A DNA stretch of 63,889 nt, filler included, from Vannella sp. (lineage: Eukaryota): NCBI GenBank assembly GCA_023345925.1. It is 6 parts of 6 records of this genome, joined end to end, with 100 filler letters (N's around TTAATTAATTAA, not from the genome) between each part and the next. Parts side by side here need not be neighbours in the genome. Positions count along the whole stretch, not along the records: positions 1 to 20,652 come from JAJQQN010000697.1; 5 more parts are not named here. One strand, given 5' to 3'. This document shows positions 1-11,841 of this stretch, in pieces. Every line of letters starts with the position of its first letter. Position 1 is the first letter of the stretch. Under the pieces are notes generated by a model. It saw only the letters and a list, made by a program, of their open reading frames with translations, searched no databases and was not told where the DNA came from. The position numbers were made by a program, and so were the translations under genes.

Positions 1-389
1 AAACAAATGGTCACTCAGGAATTGAAATTGGCATTACCTGCATGCATTAGTTTTGGGTAAATACGCAACAAAAAGTGCAACGGGTGATTGATGATCGTGA
101 TGCTTCAAGGAATGATCGATCCTTTCCTGGAAATAATGAAGGTGATGTAATCCACCTTTTATTCTGTCTGGAAAAGCATGTTCGCTAGCGACTAGTCGGA
201 TGTCACCATTGCATCAAAGAGACCCAAAAGAGAAGATCCCACGGTGGAGTTCCTCCGTCGGAACCAAATCAAGTTGTTGACGAGAAAACAACAACTTGAA
301 TTGGTTTCCATCCCGCCCTCTCACCAGCTGTTCTTCCTTATTTGCTCGTAACGAGGATTCTCTCGATGTGGATGTCAAGAAGATACTGG

Positions 390-3300
390 CTATATTGATG
401 AGCTGGTGTCCTCGGAAGGATGGCTCGGAAGAGTGTAAATGAGCATTTGGTGTCCTGCCAATCCGATCCAGAGCTGGCCAATGACGTATCGTAAACACTG
501 GACTGAACTTGTGGTACCTACTTCTTGCAGTGGAATATAGGTATGGATAGAATAACGCACCACACAATTCCCCAAAAATCCCACCCACACTCCGTTATCG
601 TCAACTGCCATGCAACGAGCAGCGCCCGCTTTGATGTTCAAGACATGTTTGCACTGGTAAGATTCCGTATCCCACACTCGCACTGATCCATCATCTGAGC
701 AGGTCCACATCTCATTCCGTTTCCCATACACGATTTGATTGATTTTTCGTGTGTGACCCACCATCACATGTACGAGTTGCAATGAACGAGTCTTGGATCA
801 ATTAGCCAATCGGTTTGCCTCTCTTAGTGTCCCTACCTCGAGATTGAGTTGATAAAGATGCAGGTCTTTGCCTGTTCCAGCCCACAAAACACCTTCCATA
901 TCGTAATGGCAGCAAGTGAATCCGATTGGTCCTGTTGAAATCGCAGCGATCTCATTCGCACACTGCTTGAGAGTCAAATAGGATCCATGATATAGTGAAG
1001 ACTTACGTTATTCTTGTATTCCCAGCATCTAAATTGTCTTGAGTCGGGTGAACAACTCCAAATGTGTTGATCGCCCGCAAATCTGACAAGAAACCGGATG
1101 AAATGGCCATCATGCGCCTTTTCTTTCAGTGCTAAGTGAGCAGTGGTGTTGTTGTCGAATACATAAAGAGAGCCAGACTCTGTGCAGGCCCAGACAAATC
1201 TCTTTCCAATGGAGGTAATGCAGTAGATCCGGGAATCCTCGATTCGGTGAATAAACAGTTCCTCGCCATCTTGATTAAACACTTGGATCAACCCAGATTC
1301 GTATCCCACCCAATTGCTTCGACAATGAGCGCCAAGACCAATCGAGTATAAACACGTTGGTTTCCCCGGAAGCTTAAAAATGCGATATGTCTCCACCTCC
1401 TTGTCAACACTATCTTTGAGACTCTCCGCTTGTGGTGAACCCAAATCATTTCCACGTGATCCAATCAATGGGCTATCTGAAGCGTTCGCTCTTTGCTGAC
1501 TATTTAAGGCTTTGAACTCGTTCTTACATAAAGAACAAAGGATCCCCTCTAACGTTTGAACGATTTCCTGAAAGTCTGGGCGGTCTCCTCGATGACTTCT
1601 CCAGCAGGTTTTGATCAGATCTTGACAGAGCAAAGGAACCGCCAAGTTATTTGGATCCGTAAAGGTGGGTCGCAGGTTATCGTAGATAACAGCATTCTTG
1701 ATTGTGTGGAGACGAAACTCCCAAATCTCTTTCCCGCTTTCTTGGGTACCTGCCATCACTGCATACTGGGGATTGCGCCTGTACTCGTCAAATGGGTGCC
1801 CACTTGTGAAAATCTCCCACATGACTACTCCGTAACTGTAAACATCTGCTCTCTCGTCATAGTGGCTAGAATTCACATTGAGCACTTCAGGAGCATGCCA
1901 TTGCCACGTCCCTAAAAAGCCAGACACCTTTGTTGCCACGCTCAACGCCAATCCAAAGTCTGCTACTTTTGCAACGACTGCCGCCTGCTCATCTCCACTA
2001 TTGATCTGCGTCAAAGTCAGAACCAGGAGCTGGAAGGTCGAATTTTGCAACGAACCAGAATGTTATGACTTCGCAAATCGCGATGCATAATTGGAGGGCA
2101 AATCTCTTGAAGGTATCTCATTCCCTTTGCGATGTCAAGTGCCAGGCGAAGCCGGAAGAAGAGTGATAGAGGTTTTCCGGAGTGCAATAGATGGTAAAGA
2201 TTGTCAGGTACAAACTCAATCACCATTCTCAGCGGGTTAATACAAATGCCGAATAGTTTGACCAGATTGGGATGATCAAGGGAGCTGTTTCAGAATTAGA
2301 AGTTACTTACTTTCACTGTGTAGGTCAATCCGTACCTCATTATCCATACTTCCCTTGAAAATTCTTCAAACATCATCACAAAACTGTCCTTATCCTGACC
2401 CACTTATGAGTTCGCCTGAATCTGAAGTTGGGGATAAGACTCACCACTGCGTGTAACTCTTTGATTGCAACTGTGTGGTGATTGAACTCTCCCTTGTAAA
2501 CAGATCCGAATCCACCTTCGCCGACCTTTCCCAGCACTGTAAGGTCCTCTAAAATGGGAATCGCTCCAAAAGAAAGATCTGGTGCGAGAACGTCCACTCT
2601 AACAGTTCTGGAAGCACTCTGAATGTCTCTGCAAAAAACAAAGGGGAATCCTTTGCTCCAGGCCTGAACAAGACACTCCTTGGTGTATTCAAATGGTCTC
2701 TCATATGGATTAAGTCGTACACAATGCAAGCAAGGGATAAGCACATCAATGCCCTCAGAGTTAGGATAAGCATTGTCAATTAATCCATCTGTAAGTGCGA
2801 TGAAAGCTCCAAAAAGATCTGGTTGGCTTTCTCTGTCCGCTCGAGATCGCACCAAGATTTCTCGGTGGGTTTGATCGTAAGTTATCAACACTTGTTCCAG
2901 ACTTTTGGTTGCTACAATTGTTGAAGAACTGTTCACAACCGTATCCTCGGCAATTAATTCAGTTGTAAGGCTGTTTTCAACACTCAAAACGTCCTCGGTA
3001 GCTGGCTTAAGCGGAGGATTGTCTACAACATCCTTTTCACATTCCTCCTTTAATTTTGATGTTGGCGCCGTAGCCCGAATGAGAAGACCATTCCTCCAGA
3101 AAAGGAGACTTTCACTATTATTTGCGTGGATCAGGCAAGTCAACAAGCGGGGAAATGCCTCTTCTGCGGAAAATCGGAATCTATAGATTCGGCCGACCTG
3201 TTTCGTGTCTTCCGGAATGTGCAAGGGCCAGTACTGACTAATTGTGTCTGGCATTTTTTCAGGAAGCGCAGAGGGTACCAGCACTTCAGGTGTGCGCCGC

Positions 3301-5402
3301 ATCTCAAAAAATATCTCTGACTTAATGAAGAAGGACTTCAAGGACACTTGAGTCGCAGGTGATAGATGGTTCCACACCTTTGGCAAGTCAGACAAGTCAA
3401 GCAAGGCTCCTTTGTGCTCGAGGAACTCAGTTACATGCTGGAGGGGTTTCATTAGCCACTCTGGTTGAAGCAAGATGAGATCGGGTTCATTCGTAGCGGG
3501 TAAGTAAGCCAAACGGCCTGAGTCCCGCAAGAGGTCTATCACATCAATTTGCTCTGATTTTGGGATTTTGCATAGCCTCATGATGCTTATAAAGTCGTTG
3601 CGGGGGAGGTATTCACTATTAGGATCGCTCCTCAAAAACTTACAATGGTCATTGAGCAAATGCCAGCGCAATGGAGCTCTGAGAATTGCCAATTGGTGAT
3701 CAGATGTTATGTCTGTAAGAGAAGTGGCTAACTCAGGGATTCCAATTTTTGTTCTACTGCTAACGCAGTGATAAGAGTGAATCGTCCCTTGACTTACAAA
3801 TGAATCTAGAAGTGTTACAAGCTCATTCCTCCTTTCAGTAGTGAACAGAGGGTCATCAACGCAGGTAGCCACAACAATAGCAATGGACCTTCCTGAGTGA
3901 GATGCCTGTCGGATTTGTTGACTCCAGAATGAGATAGCAATTGCATCTGCTTCCAACGCTGAGAGGACTATCAGATAGATCGCTTTGGCCGTGATGATAT
4001 GTTGAAGAGCCCGAGAGTGAATTTCCTCTCTTCCAGTGTCCCAGACAGCAAGACGAACTCCATTAGAGAGTACTAAGTCCGTAATTTGAACCCGGGTTGC
4101 ATGTTCCTTTGTCTTCCCTGTTGGCGTCGAATCAGTGCTAGAAATAGACCTTGAGGAACGACGAAGGAACTTGGGTGCAGCGCATGAAGCACGTGATAGA
4201 AGGGGACTCTCGAACGAATGGCTCTCCGGCAAGATGTTCCGAAACAAAGGTGATACCGTCGGGGTGTTAATTGACTCAGCTTTGCTTAACTTTCTGCAAA
4301 GAGAGGACTTTCCAGAGCCAATTGTTCCCACGAGGACCATCTTCACGTGCTTCCAAGACTCTGTCTCAACGGTGACTTGCTTCAAATGCTTCAAGATGGC
4401 CAAATTTCCTTTGCTGGTCACATGGGAGGGTAGAAAGGACAACGGGTTCTTTTTGCAGTTGAATTTCGTAAGATTAGGAAGACTCGCAATCGCTAAAGGA
4501 GCCAACTCTATCCGATTGTGGTCTAGACTTAGAGATCGAAGACTCTCCAGGGAGCGTATTTGCCAAGGTATTGTTGATATCTGATTGACGTTGAGGTTAA
4601 GAGACGTCAAGTTCACAAGCTGATAGATTTCATGAGGGATGGACGTGAGGGAGTTCTCTGATAAGTCCAATTGAGTCAGATAGAACATTTGCCTTTCAAT
4701 CACCTCCTGAAAGATTTCTGTTTCCGAACTGAGGTTCATCCTAGATAGAACCAAGCCCTTCTCCCCTTGCAAGTGAGTGAGAAAGATGGAAAGGTATTGG
4801 GCCACTTCATAGGACTCGTAAGCGATTGCTGCCTGCAATGGTGTCCGGCGATTGCTATCCTTAACACCTACTCGGATGCCTTCTTGGGAAAGTAAGAACT
4901 GAAGCATTCGGAGGCGATTGAACTTCGCAGCAACGTGCAAAGGTGACTTATCAAGGAAAGTAGGATCGCGTGAGCCTCCCACAGGGTTGGAGAGTTGGTT
5001 AATGTCAGCATTCGCTGTAACTAAGCTGCGAGCACAAGACAGGCGGTCGTGTTCAACTGCCAAGTGGAGAGGAGAGAACACGCGGCACTCACTAGCCTTT
5101 CTGATCTCCTGCTTCGATGCTTGCAAGAGGATGAATTCTAGGCGAGGCAGGTTGTTAGCCTTGATGGCACAAGCCATCTCATCAAACAACTGGAAGGCAT
5201 CCGAGGGCACGTAAGAGGAAACCAGAATCTCAGGTGCTTCCCCCTCAGGAAGCGATCCATTACGAGTCTGAAGGCGTGCACGAGATCCAAAAGCAGTAAA
5301 AGATCGTTTCCTCGGCTGCGACCCGCCCCAACCCTGACCGGAAGCAGTTAGCGCACCAAACGCCAGACTGACCAAAGCACCCACCTTCCCCGAATTCGCC
5401 AT
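390..5402 (-). CDS. ROCO-family protein kinase (ankyrin-LRR-ROC-COR-kinase-WD40), multi-exon
   Basis: Ankyrin repeats (SPLHLAVEHD, SPLHVAAKFN), LRRs (LTQLDLSENSLTSIP), ROC P-loop GTIGSGKSSL, COR region, kinase motifs GEGGFG / VAIK / HRDLRSHN / DFG / WHAPE / DVYSYG, and WD40-like C-terminus (MWTCSDDGSVRVWD). ORFs are joined by ~45-51 nt GT-AG introns. Confidence 0.9.
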
Positions 5403-5552
5403 TTAATGATGAAAATCAAAGTGGCCTTCGTAATCCATTCTGCGAGCGCCCAAAACCGGCTTGCTTCCCCTTTTGCAGTTTTCCCTGAATGGCAAAAGGG
5501 CACTCGACTTGAGGGGCCATTGATGCAGGAAATACAACATTGGTTCTTTGTA

Positions 5553-7214
5553 TTAGAAGTTGGGTGCTTTAAGTTCGTCTGAGGAGAGATAGCCGTCGTG
5601 GTTGGTGTCGCCAGCGGCCTCCATAATGCAGTCAACAAAGCTCAATTCGTTGTGGCTGACATCCCAACCCAGCTTTTGCATGGCAGTGGCTAATTCTGCC
5701 CTGCTAATGCGAGAGTCCCCATCAGAATCCACTGTTGCAAGCTCCTCTGCATCGATATCCCCGTCGTGGTTCACGTCAATCGCTTCCCACACTTGTTTCC
5801 AGACGTGTTTGGCGAAATGTGATAGAAGGGTGGCCATCACAGGGAACTCTGCATCTTCACAGGGTAGCAGAGAAGGGTTTTCCTTAAAGTAATTGGTCCA
5901 CGGAGCACAAGGTCCATCCACAATGTCCCATCTTGAAGTTGCCACTCGATAGGTCTTCTCCATATCAATAGGCTCGCCACCAATAGTCTTAGCATATCCT
6001 GCGTCATCTAAAGTGATGCCGCCGTCGAACTGCAAGAAACCTGGATTCGAGTCTCCTTGAGTCACCTTAATACCCTCAACAATAAGCCGGCCTGTCAAAG
6101 GTACCACGACTGCAGTGAGAGCATCCTGGATCTCGCTCTTAAGTGACTTGAGAGAGAAGATTGAGGTCTCTGTGTAGGTTCCACCGCCACGAATGTTCCC
6201 TCCAGAGATGATAACGGCATCGACTGTGGCTTCGCCTTTGTCTCCAAGATTCAGAGCATCCCTGAATTCGTCGAAAAGGAAATGAGCGACATTCACAATA
6301 GACCCACGCGGGTCGGAGGAGTTGAGCGGCCGATAACGCTCCGGTACTTTGCACACTTCCGTGTGTTCGAGACTCTCTAACACAGAGTAGGCTTTTCTTA
6401 CGTCCTCTTCTAACTCTGCATCGGCCTCCCAGTCCTTCACATCCACTATACAAGCTTCAATCTTCGGTTGCTTGTCATCTGGAGACTCAAAAATGATGTC
6501 CAAAATCACCGCGTGGTTTGCATCTGACCCAGCCTTCAGGAGGAGAGTGCCATCGAACACTTCATTGACTGTGTGATGATCATGTCCACTCAGGACTACT
6601 GGAAAGTTGAAGCGTTGGCAAGTCACTTTGTCCTGTGGAACGTACAAGTGACACAAGGGCAACACTAAATCCACCTTCTCCTCATCTTCCAGCTTCCTTT
6701 TGAACTCACCCATGCTCTCATAGGGGTCTTCTATCACTGCGCCATTGAAGGGATACTTGCGGTAGAGAGAGGGAGAGGAGGAAAGCACACCAATCATCCC
6801 AAGCTTTCGCTGATGGGCTCCATCCTCACTCCCACCCTGTACGATTGCATAGCGGACTTGTTCGTTGAATGCTTCATGGGTGGGCATGTTCGTATTGATC
6901 CAAGTGCCTTGGTAGTCCTTCACACGTTGGCAGACGTAACGATGTTCCAAGTCGTCCTCGTGGTTGCCAAAGATCACGTAGTCGATGGGCGTCTTGTTCA
7001 ACATGTTCGTCATACCAATGCCCTTGTCAATGGACGAGAGAAGGTACGGAGCGAGGAAGTCCCCGGTCAAGATGGAGAACGTCTGAACGTTTCCAGTCCC
7101 CCAACGCTCCTCCGCCTCCTTTCGCTTGTCAACGATAAGAGTCTTCAAAGAAGGAAAGTTGTCGAGCTTGTACACGTCCGTAACGTTCACCACACGGAAG
7201 ACCACCGGCGCCAT
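5553..7214 (-). CDS. 5'-nucleotidase / calcineurin-like metallophosphoesterase with C-terminal EF-hands
   Basis: Metallophos motifs NVTDVY, GDFLAP, GNHE, HLY, GHDH; 5'-nucleotidase C-domain (GGNIRG); three EF-hand loops DVNHDGDIDAEE, DSDGDSRISRAE, DTNHDGYLSSDE. Likely ATG at 7214. Confidence 0.85.
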   Translation of the reverse strand: MAPVVFRVVNVTDVYKLDNFPSLKTLIVDKRKEAEERWGTGNVQTFSILTGDFLAPYLLSSIDKGIGMTNMLNKTPIDYVIFGNHEDDLEHRYVCQRVKDYQGTWINTNMPTHEAFNEQVRYAIVQGGSEDGAHQRKLGMIGVLSSSPSLYRKYPFNGAVIEDPYESMGEFKRKLEDEEKVDLVLPLCHLYVPQDKVTCQRFNFPVVLSGHDHHTVNEVFDGTLLLKAGSDANHAVILDIIFESPDDKQPKIEACIVDVKDWEADAELEEDVRKAYSVLESLEHTEVCKVPERYRPLNSSDPRGSIVNVAHFLFDEFRDALNLGDKGEATVDAVIISGGNIRGGGTYTETSIFSLKSLKSEIQDALTAVVVPLTGRLIVEGIKVTQGDSNPGFLQFDGGITLDDAGYAKTIGGEPIDMEKTYRVATSRWDIVDGPCAPWTNYFKENPSLLPCEDAEFPVMATLLSHFAKHVWKQVWEAIDVNHDGDIDAEELATVDSDGDSRISRAELATAMQKLGWDVSHNELSFVDCIMEAAGDTNHDGYLSSDELKAPNF

Positions 7215-7380
7215 GATGCCGACAAACAATGGCCCGCTCTGCCTCCTCAAAGGCTTGGAGCTGGTATGCTGGCGTGCACTGGAGAAGGGAGAGAGAGGTC
7301 TATTCGGGAAACAAAGGAAAGTCGATGCCGGGCGGGCTAAAGGTACAGCACAAGGAAAGGCGGAGAGGAGAACGGGACGA

Positions 7381-9554
7381 TTACATCTCAGCTTGATCGT
7401 CCATCTCTTCGATCTGATACTCTTCGTATGGCTCCTCACCAAGCTCTGTCTCCAGAGTTTGGTCATCGTCGGCCTCTACGATCTCGTACTCGTCAAACCC
7501 AGCACCTTCCTCGTCCAGGTACTGGTTCTCGTACTCCAGGTAGTCGTCTTGTACCACACACTCGATAAGGTTGAACTCCTTCAGTTCTTCTTCAAGGAAC
7601 CTCTGCCAGATAGACTTGCCTGGGGAGGTGTGAGAAGAGAAAGGGCGAAAAAGAGGGGGCTTACCACTCAGGAAGGCCCCAATTGGTTCCGACATTCGCC
7701 CTGCTCGAACAAGCTCGTTAGCAAGCTCACGGAGGTGTCCCAAGAAGCCCACTGGGCTGGACTCTGCGTTGTGGTGCGCCTCAGCGATGCGCTCAGGAAG
7801 CCGGCTGTTATCCATGACAGCTTGGATGATCTCTGGGTTGTTGCAGCAGAACAGCCCTGAGAAGAGCTGGCTGATCTGGTTGTGGATGATATTGTTCCAA
7901 GGGTACTCAAAGAGGAGATCCAAGATGATGGTGAACACGCTCTCCTCCAGCATGAACTCGACCACCACAGGGAATCCAGTGTAGAGTAAGGATACTAACA
8001 GCTCCAACACACCCAATCGAACGAATCCGAAGCCACGCTTGATGGTGCCTGTGGTGGTAACGATTTCCTCCGAGTTGTCCATCTCCCCAGGCTCCAAAAG
8101 GATCGCTGCAAAGATGCGCACGTTGTTAGCCAGGAGTGTTACGACGATGGGAGGATCCTCTAGATCGTCGCTAATGAGACTGAGGATGCCAATAAGCACC
8201 CGCAGGCCCAACTTGATGGACTCTCCATTGGCAGGCTTCGTCTCCATGAAGGCAATGATGCTTCCTGTGATTACCTCATTGTTGAGCATGTCATTGATCA
8301 AAATGGAGTGCGGCCATGCTTGGCACAAGGACAAGATGTTGACCAACACACCCGCGGCACTCTCCTGAGTCTAGACAGGTCCAATCAGACAGAACTCAGC
8401 TCCATCAGAGCAGATCGCTTACCTCGAGAGGCTCGTCTTGGTGAAGAAGGGACACCAAACGAGTCATCAAGTTGGAGTCGTAAAGCCACTGGTGAGTGAG
8501 GTCGCAGTCAGCGAACTTGTAGAGATTCTCCATCAGATTGGGATCGTGTGTGTGGACGAGGAGGGTGGGGATGAATGTCTCCCGTGTCTGGAAGTAGGTA
8601 ATCATCTGCGTAGTGAACTTCTCGAACAGAATAGAGACGATCTTGGCGATGCAGTTGCTGCGCGCTTGCGCTCCCTCCAAGCTCACGTCGAGCACGTCCA
8701 AATGGTCAAAGAGAGCGTCAAGCAGATCAGGGTTCATGATGAACACGTCAGTGATGATGCCGCTAACCAGCGTCTGGATAGTAATGTGCGTGATCCGCTG
8801 TGATTGCATGTCGTCCAGCTTTTGAGGCTCCAGAAACAGCAGATTCATCATCACGAGGATGGTTGCAGGGGTCTCCAAGCTACACACGAATCCCTGTCAG
8901 AAGGAACACAGAAGGGCTCTGAGGGGGAGAGGGACATCCCACTCAGGAGCTTGTAGAGTACGCACAAGGTAAGTACAGCGTCTTCGCCGTTTTGTAAGGC
9001 CATTACAAACTCCTCTGTTTCGAGGAGTTGTCGGAGCAAGGGCGTTGTTAACTCCTCAGGCAAGGGAAGGGATAACATGGACTCTTGGCCTTCTAGAGGC
9101 TCTTCTTCCAGCTCAAAGCGGCCGCTACTCTCTACAATACGAAAAAACGAGGTCAGAGCTTGTTAGGGAAGAAGAGACAGTGACAGAGAAGGAGAAATGA
9201 GAGAGCTACGAGCGTACCAAGATGGGCCAGTTCCTTCTCGTAGTGGAGGCGATACAGTTGATACCATGAAGGGCTCTCAGAATCTGGTGAAGGAGGACTC
9301 AAGGACCACTCTGTTGTCTCGTATAGTTGACTCCAGAGGGCATCAGAGCGAGCAACGGTATTCCACTCGCGGCTCACGAGCTGGACGCTCACCAAGTCAG
9401 GAATATCAAGGAGGCTGAATATATGGATGATAAGATCAGGCGTAAGAAGGTTGAAAGGAGAGGGTTCGAGCTGCAAGTCATCGTCCGCGACCGACGAAGC
9501 TATCTGCAGTTCCGCAGGCCCTCCCTCTGGTGTATTCTCTCCCACTTCACTCAT
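7381..9554 (-). CDS. F-box protein fused to a SAPS (SIT4/PP6 regulatory subunit) domain, multi-exon
   Basis: F-box LLTPDLIIHIFSLLDIPDLVSVQLVSREW. SAPS motifs FGFVRLGVLELLVSLL and ILDLLFEYPWNNIIHNQI, plus an acidic tail. Phase-compatible introns at 9132-9217 and ~8882-8967 join the F-box exon to the SAPS exons. Confidence 0.75.
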
Positions 9555-9773
9555 TTCAACAAGCAAAGAGAAAGACAGGAAACTACGGTAAAGTCGACTC
9601 CCTCCGTGCGGCCCTGAGCAAGGCCACCTGAAAACTAACCGTCCTGGCTCATTTCCCTCCTTTTACATTAATTTGACAATCGTTCATTAGAATAAAGTGG
9701 AGCGGAGTGGAGGTGGTGGATCTACCAAGTGTGTGGAACGAGGGATTGGTTGGTTGGTGGTTGAACAGCTTGA

Positions 9774-10646
9774 TCACTCCTTTATGAGGAGAGCTGGCTC
9801 CTCCATGGAAGGTGGGAGTGATGGAAGCTCGTTGGCTTTGTTGGCTTCAGCAAGTTCCAGTTCTTTCTCCTGCTCGGCGAGTTCTTTTTCCTTTTGGGCA
9901 AAGTAGGAGGATTTGGGGGCGATGATGCATCCAAATGCACCAGCAGAAGGTACCACAACTTCGGTTTGGCGTATTGTGTAGGCTTCTCGCTCGATCTGAG
10001 CTAAGAGAGCTTGAATCTTGGTTTCGCAGATGGCCCGATCGTACTTCCAGTGCTCTTTGAAGACCGCCATGATCTTGACAGCGTGTCCCTTTTGTAGATA
10101 AGTCACCACCTTATCCAGCTTGAAGTTCTCATCGTGCTCGTCAATCACAGTGGAGAAGCGGACCTCCTTGACCTTCTTGGAAGGTGTTTTTTTGGGTTCT
10201 ACGACAGAAGCGAGGTCTGCCACGAGTTTGTAGATAGTCTTGCTCCCCTTCACGATCTTCTTGTACCTCAGATTCCTCTTTCGAGTGTACAGTCGAACCT
10301 GGAGGGCCAAAGTGTTACCAAAATGGGGGAACGAGAGGTCTGCTGGACTCACCTCTTCGTGTGTGGCATCTTTGAGTATCATTTCACCAGTAGTACCCAC
10401 TAGAATGACGTCTCCTCCCTCATCAGCCTTCTTCCATCGAGGCCGGTCCGGTTCTTCGACTGCCTCTCTCGGAGGCCGAGATGGTGGCCCACCAGTCTTT
10501 GGAGGGCCCTTCCACGGGCGCTTCTCTTGCACCTTCTTTGGAAAGCTCCCTGAGTTGAGACTGACACTCCGCACAGCCGTAAGGGACCACGAGGCCCCCA
10601 ACACCCGACCCACAACCGCGCTCTCCTTCACCCACCTCCCCAACAT
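9774..10646 (-). CDS. Mitochondrial translation initiation factor IF-3-like protein
   Basis: IF3 C-domain motif VKEVRFSTVIDEHDENFKLDKVVTYLQKGHAVKI; basic presequence-like N-terminus from ATG 10646. Confidence 0.75.
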   Translation of the reverse strand: MLGRWVKESAVVGRVLGASWSLTAVRSVSLNSGSFPKKVQEKRPWKGPPKTGGPPSRPPREAVEEPDRPRWKKADEGGDVILVGTTGEMILKDATHEEVSPADLSFPHFGNTLALQVRLYTRKRNLRYKKIVKGSKTIYKLVADLASVVEPKKTPSKKVKEVRFSTVIDEHDENFKLDKVVTYLQKGHAVKIMAVFKEHWKYDRAICETKIQALLAQIEREAYTIRQTEVVVPSAGAFGCIIAPKSSYFAQKEKELAEQEKELELAEANKANELPSLPPSMEEPALLIKE

Positions 10647-10712
10647 GCCACTAAATGAGAGATTTGGATGTTTGCATCCACTTTCCAAGCATTTCCTGGT
10701 CGCCGGGTGGGG

Positions 10713-11753
10713 ATGGAGATCGACCCGACTTTGAGACTTTGCGTGTATAAACAAGATGCTGTGGCGATAGAGGAGGTGGCGGAGGATGGAAGCAAGGCCT
10801 ATGTCGTGGTTAAGACATCGCCCTTCACGATAGAGCTGGGAATGGTGCAGGGCGACACAATCAACGTTTCTTTCGATCTCCGTCAGTTGGTGATTGAGGG
10901 CGCGCTGGTCTATGATCGAGAGGGATACAAAGAGGTGGACTACGTCAAGAACAAGCCCCTGGAGATGAAGATCAAGTACAACCAGACGGGGGACAGAGCT
11001 TTAGTTGAATGCCGCATCTCCGCTCTTACCAGCCAGCACGAGAACTTCCTCTTTCGGGTGCGATTCAACGGTACCAAGGGCTTTGTAGAAGTGTGTCCTC
11101 CAGCAATCTCTCATCCCATCCGCGTCATCTCGAAAACGGACCAACTGAGGAGCAAAGCCAATGTTCTGGACACTTCAGGGCTGCAGAAGAACCGAACCAC
11201 CGCAGGTGCTCTTCTTACGAAAGCCCAAGAGATCGAGGACCAAGTTAGACGGAATGACACCCTCCTGGAGGAGCTTGCTCGAGTTCATCCTCTGACGTAC
11301 AGCAGTGGCAGCCTGATGATGCACGGCATGGTGACACCTAAGCCTGAAACATCTCAACAGGACCTCTTTAGCTTCTCCAACCCAACCACACTCCCTTCAG
11401 CAGCCCATCCCAGATCGTTACTCGCGCCTCCTGCAAGTCCCTTAGCCACACTGGCCTCCTCTGCCTTCTACACAAGCGAGGACAACTTCTGTAACTCCTT
11501 CGATCGTCTCATGAAGAGCTACGCCACCCTGGACAATGGCGACAAGCTCATGAGGATTCAGAGACTTGCCGCGAACTTCTCCGAGCATGATCGGCTGCGC
11601 CTATCCTCCTTCCTCGAAGAGCTGCGTACATACACGGCAGAGAGATGCTGCCAGTGCCATCCGTGCCCTTATGAACGAGAGGCCAACAACATGCCGGACA
11701 CGGAGCTCCTCTTCGGCTCATCAGGCTTAAACCCTCCTGCTGGTTACTTCTAG
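10713..11753 (+). CDS. CudA-family transcription factor
   Basis: Core VVVKTSPF...LVYD...KEVDYVKNKPLE...RISALTSQHENFLFRVRF...SHPIRVISK resembles the amoebozoan CudA DNA-binding domain. Alternative ATG at 10668. Confidence 0.8.
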   Translation: MEIDPTLRLCVYKQDAVAIEEVAEDGSKAYVVVKTSPFTIELGMVQGDTINVSFDLRQLVIEGALVYDREGYKEVDYVKNKPLEMKIKYNQTGDRALVECRISALTSQHENFLFRVRFNGTKGFVEVCPPAISHPIRVISKTDQLRSKANVLDTSGLQKNRTTAGALLTKAQEIEDQVRRNDTLLEELARVHPLTYSSGSLMMHGMVTPKPETSQQDLFSFSNPTTLPSAAHPRSLLAPPASPLATLASSAFYTSEDNFCNSFDRLMKSYATLDNGDKLMRIQRLAANFSEHDRLRLSSFLEELRTYTAERCCQCHPCPYEREANNMPDTELLFGSSGLNPPAGYF

Positions 11754-11841
11754 AGTGGCCACACCAACCACTTGTACTCCTATTAAACCTCCTCCCCCTT
11801 GGCTTGTCATAATCTGGAGGGCGGTCGAGGGCGGCGGGGAA

